A stretch of 64,000 nucleotides of DNA from the human T2T-CHM13v2.0 reference genome, Homo sapiens: the NCBI RefSeq assembly GCF_009914755.1, contig NC_060942.1; one strand, written 5' to 3'. Under the pieces are notes generated by a model. It was not told the origin of the DNA. It did not search any database and saw only the letters and a list, made by a program, of their open reading frames with translations. The position numbers and the translations under genes are program-made. Shown piece after piece: positions 54,961-64,000 of this stretch; position 1 is the first letter of the stretch; each line of letters begins with the position of its first letter.

Positions 54961-56669
54961 TTAATAATTGATGTAATTAGTTACTCTTCATTCTTTTATA
55001 CTCCTGTAGAATTTCTTCAAAGCTCAGTTACAGTCCTTGTCATTCATACTTCATTGTATAGTTCTTTCTAACCACAAGTTCGTTCCTTACAGCTCATCTC
55101 ATTGTATCTGTCATTGTTCTTACTAAAATCCTCTGCACATAGTGGGTAATTGGTAAATGCTTGATGAAGGAATTGGATTTATAGCTCTAGATAACAGATT
55201 TACAATAACACATTAAATAAGTAAATGTAAGACTAATAGGTTTACATTAAATTTAATAATGCAAGGTCTTTATAAACTTGGTTACAGAAAAACTGACTTA
55301 AATTTTGTAAGAAAGCTATCAATAAAGGGGGGAAAGGGGGGCTTTTAAATGTCATAACATGTCCATTAAGTAAAGTTTACGGGTGCTTCAGTAGCATGGG
55401 TCTGTTTTTGAGCCACAGCCAATGTAATTAGCAGGTGAGATTCCAGACCTCCAATTGTCAAGGGATTTAGTATAAGCTCAATAAGCAGGTGTGAAGAAGG
55501 CAATAATCAAAGGTGAGAAAATGAGAAAGTATATGCAAAGATTCAGTTCCACATATCCTTTTATCATTGATAATAGTAATGAGGTATGAAGCCATTGCAG
55601 ATAGAATTGTCTTAATATGATCAGAGTGAGCTCACATCACTCAGCACCCTATGGACAGGGTAGTAGAGAGGTGAAAAGAGGTTCTTCCCTGATCACAGGC
55701 TGTCTTTTTACTGTCAGTAGCCTCTGACCCGACAGAATAATTAGCTTCTATTGTGTTAACCTGTGTTAGCCAGCAAGTAGAAGCACAGACTATTGCAGCT
55801 ATAGAGAGTTTTTTTTCTAACCCAATAACATACTCTTTGGACTGAGACCTTCCTTCAGCAGCTGTTGTAAAGATAATCAAGGCATCTCGCAGCAATACCT
55901 TCTTAAAAAAATTGTCTGTCAAGGCTAAATTTTATGTTCTTTCATACTGTAACTGGAAGAGAATTTACTATTTTTCAGACTACTATATCATTCCCAAAGC
56001 AGCAGAGGATTGTATAAATGTGTGGTATAAATTATAAAAGTGGAAAGAAAAACATTAATAACAGATATGGTGGATATGAAGTCTTTTCATAAATAAATAT
56101 TTTGACCGTTGGGTGTTTACTGGCTAAAGAAAATATGGATTAGACCATTGACAAGCACTCTGTTTATTAGCTCTTGAGCATCAAAAATTACAAATGATGT
56201 TGCTTTATTAGTTTATTATAATTACTGTGTTCTCTTATCCAAGGAAGGCTAGTAGCACATAAGGATTTCTCAGCTAAAACACATAGTTTTGAGAATGAAT
56301 TGATTTCCCTGAGCCTTACTTAGGGCCTTGACATTTCCAGCTTTTCATTGTCCATTGTTTAAGTTTTGTGGATACTCAATCTGTTTTCCATTACAAAGAT
56401 CTGTTTTGTCTTTACTATGTAATCATATCTATGACTATTTCTCTATTAAAAACATTCCATTAGTTTCTATATAAGTTTATTTATGGATCCCAGTTCCTAT
56501 CCTGAAGCAATAGAAGGCGTTTTTTGCTTATCCAGTAAAAATGATAGGTATTGACTATTTTAGGGGCTAAAAATAAGAGTGTTGCAGGATTAAGAAAATG
56601 CCTTCAAGTACCACATATATACTATCAAAGTCGATCTGATATTTAAATCCTTACGAATGCAGAAAGAAC

Positions 56670-56886
56670 TCTTTTGGACAAATCAGTTGTCTTCAGCATC
56701 CTATCTATATTTGTAAATAAAGTTTTATTGAAACACAATCATGTCCATTCCTATGGTCAGTGGCTGTTTTTGCTCTATAGTGGCAGAGCTGAGTAGTTGT
56801 GACAGACTTCTGTGGTGACCTTATAGCCCACAAAGCCTAAAATATATAAGATCTGCCCTTTTACACAAAATATTTGACAACTCCTA
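56670..56886 (+). mobile_element. MER58A-like hAT-Charlie MITE
   Basis: TTGTAAATAAAGTTTTATTG...GCAGAGCTGAGTAGTTGTGACAGA...CACAAAGCCTAAAATAT. Confidence 0.8.
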
Positions 56887-56945
56887 GGTATTGGAAGTTG
56901 TCTGGTAGTCCTTGCTGTCCTCAATTGTGAAAAGATGACCAACTA

Positions 56946-56946
<1 letters not shown>

Positions 56947-57001
<55 letters not shown>
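56947..57001. repeat. (CA)n microsatellite (~24 perfect units)
   Basis: Read directly from the sequence. Confidence 0.97.
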
Positions 57002-57002
<1 letters not shown>

Positions 57003-57429
57003 TTCATTTAGGAAACACACTACATGGGAAGCAAGTATCAAACAAGAGCAGAGAGTAACTGCCTTCCTTTCTGTGTAGGCCTATATTTCTAGAGTAAGTA
57101 TGGTACCAAATGTACCTAAAATATATGTTTGTGTTGTTTTATGTACTACTTTAGAGCTTAGTTCTTCCACATAATCATTTAATTTTATTATAATAGCCTC
57201 ATAAAGTAGATAATGCAGACCTTATTGTACTGACTTTCCTTATAAAGAAAGTAAAGTTTTAATGTAGAACTTCATTAAGTACCCAGCAAATAAATTTAAT
57301 GAAAATCTCATCCCTAAGCTTAAAACTTATATATCTGTCAGTCCTCTTTTGGCATAGAAGCTGTTCTGTCTTTACTGTACTGTTTCCTCTTTCTGGGAAA
57401 ATGGAAAGACTACTTTTCCTGGCTTTCAT

Positions 57430-57710
57430 ACCATTAGTTTGGGTCATGAGATAGAGTTTTGACTGATGGATTGTGGGTGAAAATGATGTAAGATATATCT
57501 AGACTTTGTCCTTAAAAACATCTGATGCTACCTGCCAGTTCATTTTTCCTCTGCTTATGGATAGCATAGTTGCAAGATAAGGGAGGTGGCTACTTTTCAA
57601 AATTGCATTGTATTTTTTGAGAGTAAGAAATAAGTCTTGTTTGGTACAAGCCACCAAGATTTGGAAGCTATTATTACAGGATAGTGTAATTTATCCTTAT
57701 TAATACATAA
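57430..57710 (+). mobile_element. Old MLT1 LTR fragment
   Basis: 3' end GAGTAAGAAATAAGTCTTG...AAGCCACCAAGATTTGG...TAATACA. Confidence 0.5.
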
Positions 57711-58314
57711 ATGGAATCTTCCTTAAAATGCATCAGTCATATTGAAAACATTGTATTCAAAATCAGGCTCATTCTCTTCGTCCTCTTCCTTCTACCTACT
57801 TCAAATATACCCGTTCCATAGGTGAACATCCTCTCTGAAATTAAAAAACAAAAAAGAAAAAAGAAACAACCACCACAACAAAAAATGGGTTCTTTCCATA
57901 TTCTTTTCTTTCCCCTGACTCTCAGATCCATCTTTGCCAAAACTCTTAAATATATCACCTATCATGTTTGTGGCCATTTTACTGACTGACTTGCTTTAAG
58001 AGTTTTCTAAGATGACTATTACGTCACCTAATAGTAGCGTTTTGTTCTTCCATTAAAAGTCATGCTTTATTTTATTTTGTTATGTCCTCTAGAAAACTCT
58101 TACAGAGTATTGCAATAATAATCATCCTAATTTCTTGGGTTTCATAAAAAGGTGATGTTTGCTGTAGTTTTTGAATAGATATTCTTTATCAAAATAAGGA
58201 AGTTTCCCTCTAGTATAAGTTTACCATGACTTTTAAAATAATAATGACAATATTGTTTTTTAAATTCCCAGTAATCCTTCAAGAATCACTGTGGGTCACC
58301 TTCTTTCTTAAAAC

Positions 58315-58612
<298 letters not shown>

Positions 58613-59002
58613 AGTTTTTAAAACTTTTATGTAAATATTATTCACCTCTGGATTCACATACCACCTTTTGCATGTGTTATCACATTGTACTGTAATTGCT
58701 TGTTTACTTTTCTATCTTCCTTACAAGACTGCCAGTTTTAATGCAGAAGCTTTGTTTTCCTTATCGCTGTGTCCGTACTACTCAAAAGAGTTCCAATTGT
58801 AGAACTATATATCCAATATTTGTGCAATAAATATATCCATTTCCTTTTCTGCATCTGCTGATTGTATGGAGTAATAAAAATTACCTTATAGATCAGGAGA
58901 ATTGGGTTTGAATTTTGAACTTGCAGAGCCTGAGTTGATTAAAATGAAATATGATGCTTTATTAGGACATTGCCCATCACAACTCTTTGCTAAGTGAAGG
59001 GT

Positions 59003-59402
59003 TGATATAGTTTGGATGTCCCGCTCAAATCTCATATTGAATTGTAATCCCCAGTGTTGGAGGTGGGGCCTGGTGAGAGGCATTTGGATTATGGGGGCAG
59101 ATCTCTCATGGCTTGGTTGCTCTCCTGTTGATAGTGAGTGAGTCTCAACAAGATCTGGTTGTTGTAAAGCGTGGCACCTCCCCCCACCCATTCTTCTCTT
59201 TCTTCTGCTTTTGTCATGTGACGTGAAAGTCCCGCTTTGCCCTCTGCTGTGAGTGCCGGCTTCCTGAGGCCTCCCCAGAAGCAGATGACATTGCTATGCT
59301 TCCTGTACAGCCTGCAGAACCATGAGCAGATTTAGCCTCTGTTTTTATAAATTACCAAGTCTCAGATATTTCCTTATAGCAGTGCAAGAATGCCCTAATA
59401 CA
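59003..59402 (+). mobile_element. MSTB-like MaLR solo LTR
   Basis: TGATATAGTTTGGATGTCCC...CCTAATACA; TSD AGGGT/AGCGT (4 of 5 match). Confidence 0.9.
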
Positions 59403-62147
59403 AGCGTTACTCTGTTATCCTTTTCTTGGCTCTTGGTTTGCCCCATATTAGTTCCCTAGGCTCTTAGGAATGTAACTACAAAGCTGTAATCTTACCTGGG
59501 GTGTTCCAAGTCAATTTAACTGGGGTTCTACCCTGATTCTTTGTTTATATTCCAATTCTCTTCTGAGTCTCCATCTATGTTCTGGGGTTTGAGAATCCAG
59601 TTGAGGGCCAACTGAATCCCTACAACCTACCCAATTTTTTTCTCCTGGCAGCTGGACTATGATGATATACTCCGTGTTAAAAATGTGAGGTTTCTGCTGC
59701 TGCATTACCATTCATTAGTTGAGACCCAAGTTTTTGACTGATTGTCATAAATATGGTTGGACAGGAAGCAGGGGGTGGTACTGAATTGTGAACCAAATTC
59801 ACAATTCGGTTAGTTAGTCCTAGCTTCAGTCTTGCCTAGTGTTGAAGTCTCAAAGAGGTCTACAATCTTTATAACTTATGTTTATGAAAAGGGGAAATGA
59901 AATTCTAACACTGAGGTTATAGAGAAGATATGATCGTTTTAGAACAAATGTTGAAAAGAAAGGCGACTCATGTGGGCACTTTATTCTCAGAGCAAATGAA
60001 GATGCATATCTGGAATTTCATCATGGAAGGCAGGTCAGGGAGCCATGTATGGGAACTAGGGTATTAGATGGGGGATTTGATGTTTGGAAACAGTGATGTT
60101 AATTGCAGAAGCACCATTATAACTACAAGGATAAGACCTCTATTTAGGACTTTGAACCCATCCTGTCAAAGTCATTCCTGAATGAAATTCTCGCTAAACC
60201 TGTGATAAAAAGAACTGCTGTAGATGTTTGAAACCTGAGTAGAGAGTGAAACCCTGGTGAAGGTCCCTTTTGCTTTGAGAAACTATTGGAGACTAATCAT
60301 TGCTAGAGAAAATGCCCTGTAAGTAATGGTTGTTGATACACTGAAAAGAAGACAGAAAAGGATTAAACTGTCATCATCACTGAATTGCCATTAGAAAATG
60401 CCCTGTGTATAAATATAATGCTGTTTTATGCCAAAACCGTTGGTGAAAAGTCATGCAATGTAAAATATATACAGTAATTGTCTTGGGAATCATTAGCCAG
60501 GGGTCAAAGAACATCAATACTCATGAAAAGTGCTTAGCATGTTGACCCACCTATGCCTTTTTGCTGCTAAAAACCATCCCTACCCATGGAATTGTATGGT
60601 TCCCAGTAATAATACCTCATTCATGCTTTTATTTATTTATTTAATGTTGCTTAAATATTCATTCTTTTCCAAGTAGGAATAGAACAGAAGGCAGGAAAAA
60701 AAAAATGAAGCACTTCTCTTGTACAGGTTGTGAAACATGCAACAACAGCCCCATGGTAATGAACATGAAAAATTATGCTTTATCAGAGTTTGGGTCAGAG
60801 CAATGCCCAAACAAGTGTGAGGATATGTAACTTAGGCTATATTCAAGTTACACCTAAGGGTATACTCAGGTACTAATGTAAGCAAGAATTTAGTATCTGT
60901 TAACCTTGGTTTGTTTGAAATCATTAAAGGTATGTTGAAAATGCAAACCATTTCTGTGATGGGCAGGAGAAAGGTAATTTAGAGCTCCAGGAAACCTCAC
61001 CTCTTATGTAAACCTCCTGTGAAGGAAAAATTCTTTTGTAAATTAGAGATTAAAACAAAGTTTAATTTTAGCCCAAAATATAATTAGAGACCTCTTTAGT
61101 CTGCTACCCAGTGGGATCAAAGGAAGTACCCCCCAGAGAAGTGAGTCATAAACAGCCAATGTTCCAGGGCAAAGAACATTATGTACTCTGTGACAACCCT
61201 GCTGTGTTCTAATTAATGTTCATTGAATGAGCCCTCTGCCCAAAAGTGATCCCCCTCTTCTTTTTAATAAAAAGAAAGATAAAATTCCAGAGGTATGTAG
61301 GAGGATGAAAAAAAATGAAGATATTTATTAGTTTATAAGGGTGATTCCTTCATAGGCAGGCCATTTTGCCGCTTGCCAAAGACACACTGGGGATGGGGAA
61401 GGGAGGGAGATATGCAATCCATCTTTGGGTCATGCAGCTTCCTAATCTCACTGCTAAGACCTCTTACCTGATTTGTTCAGTCCTGCTCCCCTCTTTCGGG
61501 GCTAAACAGGTCCTAAGCATGAGGATTCCTAAAAATCCCTATCCAAAGTTTGTCATTCAATTCAGTGCTTACTTTTCACTGAATTTGTGCTTCAGTCCTA
61601 GCAATCAGTCTTTTGTTGTATGACGAAGCTCGCAGTTTATATTGCAGTTCTGGTAAAAAGATCAGTGTCTTACTCCTCAATGTTTGATGCTGTCATTTGG
61701 CCGCTTGAATATATTCCAGTGCTTCCAAAAATAGGCCCTAAAATATTGGCACAAGTTCTTCCGGGGCTAATTCTATTCCGAATTTTAGCAGTTTTGGTGT
61801 GTAGATTCTATTGCTATTCCTTTCTGATGCTGAGTCCCCTTCTACTTGGTTTTACTGCTGCCTATGCTTCCATATCCATAATGGTATTCTCCCCTAAAAT
61901 CTGTGTTTATTCTCCAGCTAATAGCTATGCTACCCAAACGCAAATTATTTACTCTCCCTGAGATTCAGTTTCTGCAATTATCAAATAAGTGAGTTGAAAA
62001 GCAAGATTCCTAACACTGTTATGACCTTTCCTGACTCTGCATATGTAGAAAGTGCATTCTTGTAGCTGTTGCTAAAAGGACCTGTTTCAGAGTTCAATAA
62101 TGCTATTTTGCTACTCTGTTCCAAACTGGCATTACTCAAAACTATAA

Positions 62148-62741
62148 ATGCATTAGTTTTCTACTGCTACATAATAAATGATAAGCTTAGCTGCTTCAGA
62201 CAACATACATTTTCTGTGAGTTAGAAGTCTAGGCACAGGTTCTGAGTCATTTGCTCAAGGTCTCACAGAATTGCAATCTAAGTGTGGGCTGGAAGTGCAG
62301 TATCATGAGTTTTGAGGTCTTCTTCCACAGTCACTGCTTGATCAAAAAAATTAGTCTCGTGGGTATAGGACTGAAGTCCTCACCCCCAAAAGATTGTGTA
62401 CTCTTCCCTGCCATGTGACCTATCTTCAGCCAGCTATAGTTTGCTTTTTTCAAGGGCAAGAAACAAGCATCTTGGCTATTTCTTTCATTTCTGACCTATA
62501 GACCCTCTTTTAAAGGGCTCACCTGATTGGGTCAAGCCCAATCAAGATAATCTCTCTTTTGATTAACACAACATCAACTGATCTGGGAACTTGATTACAT
62601 TTGCAAAATCCTTTCACTTTTGCCATATAATGTCACATGATCAACGGAGAGCTCACCCATAAAATTCAGAGTGAACACTCCAAGGTTGGCATATATTTTA
62701 TGGAGAGAGAATTTTGGGCTATCTTATAATTCTGCCTACCA
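62148..62741 (-). mobile_element. MLT1 (D/E-like) MaLR LTR
   Basis: GCATTAGTTTTCTACTGCT...TTTTAAAGGGCTCACCTGATTGGGTCAAGCCC...ATTCTGCCTACCA. Confidence 0.75.
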
Positions 62742-63259
62742 AAATAATCCTATTCACATTGGAAAAAAGATAATTTTTTTCAGTTTTTTACACAAAGAGT
62801 ATCATCCACTGTTTATCATTTAACAAGTGAAATAAACTTCTGTCAAGTATCTAATGTCAATTAATATTTATACATATTGTTGGAGCATTGTCTGTACTGT
62901 AGAATATCTTCCACAAGCACAGGAAAGTAAAATGTCACCATGGTTACAAATCTGTTTCAAAGAATTTGTTATGTAACATGTAGCTATAGGATTTTATGAG
63001 GCAGGTTTCTTCTAATGGTTAACCATAAGCTTAAAATAATAACTGCACACACTCCCAGATGATTAGCTTATGGCAATAACTCAACCAATAATACCGTTGT
63101 TACTGGTTAGAGGACATTTGTCTGCTACACACAGAGCATTCTGTAGGGTTCATGTTAGGTGAGAAGGGAGTGGTTTGCTCCTTCCCTGTGTCATTGGACC
63201 TCATCCCCTGATGCTTGATCTGTTGAGACTCATTCTTCCAACAGACATTCTCTGAGGTC

Positions 63260-64000
63260 CTCCTATGAGGGAGGCACTGCATTAGGCACTGATGGTATTA
63301 AAGTGAACGTGACCACATATATCTTTAAAGAGCAAAATCTACAGGGAAAAGATGTAAACCCAACGTTAGAATGCAATATGAAATTGATGTAAGAGAGATA
63401 CATTCAAAGCTTATAGAAGCAGGGAGAAAATTCTGTAAGCTCTGAGCAGTGTTGAACCACAAGGAAAGACTTCACAGAAAAGGTCACATTTAAACTCATT
63501 CTTAAAGAATGAGCAAAAGCTCATATGTAATCTAAAGTCATGGGGACTTTAGGTTGAGGGAAGAATTTCAGTAGGACACAAGGACATTTGATGAATGTTC
63601 CAGATGACACGTAGTTTTGGCTGGGGTGAAATAATGAAGACCCCCCATCTCATTTGCCACTGGGGCATATACACCAAATAAGTGCGGTTTTTGCTTTGTT
63701 TTTGTTTATTTGATATGGTATTCCTGCTTTATATATGTATCATATCCATCTTCCCATAGTTCTGCTTGTGGAAACTCCTTGTTCTGTCCTCAGATGCTCA
63801 TTGTTCACAAGTAAGTCCTCAACCTTTCAACTCGTCGTTTCAGGCTCACCATAATCCATTTCCAAAATTCTTTTTCAATTTTTATACTGTGATCAGTTTC
63901 CCCCTTTCTTAAAACTCTTCATTTCACGTAGAATAAAACCCATATACCTCAACATGGCCTTGAAGGTTCAACATGCTCTAGCTTCTGCCTCTTGGACCCA
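63260..64000. mobile_element. L2 fragments in both orientations
   Basis: GGAAAGACTTCACAGAAAAGGTCACATTTAAACT and TTAAAACTCTTC...TAGAATAAAACC...CTCAACATGGCCT. Confidence 0.55.

Noticed and set aside
61366-61961. Adjacent hydrophobic ORFs (85 and 113 aa) and a minus-strand donor CAG|GTAAGAG at ~61461-61470
   Set aside because: The ORFs lack recognisable motifs, and T-rich DNA gives hydrophobic translations. The donor has no supportable acceptor or open frame.

Overview
This is AT-rich, repeat-dense primate (human-like) genomic DNA, either intergenic or deep intronic; the locus cannot be identified from sequence alone. I find no host protein-coding exon, RNA gene, CRISPR array or prokaryotic system. 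Every long ORF in the track comes from LINE-1, Alu, LTR or microsatellite sequence. Main contents: the 5' half of a young L1PA2/late-L1PA3 element (1-2753, minus; ORF1 and ORF2 each carry a nonsense codon, antisense ORF0 is open); an AluY split by a 5'-truncated L1PA3-like insertion; two deletion-riddled L1PA15/16-like elements; an L1MA whose 5'UTR joins directly to late ORF2; a complete LTR-int-LTR MSTA (MaLR) element with a 5-bp TSD; several solo LTRs; MER63 and MER58 DNA transposons; about 12 Alus/monomers; and MIR/L2 relics. I see no evidence of a new biological system. The most unusual signals are small template-switch-type scars in the young L1 5'UTR and several nested or fused element structures. 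Subfamily calls rest on recalled consensus sequences and need RepeatMasker/Dfam confirmation.
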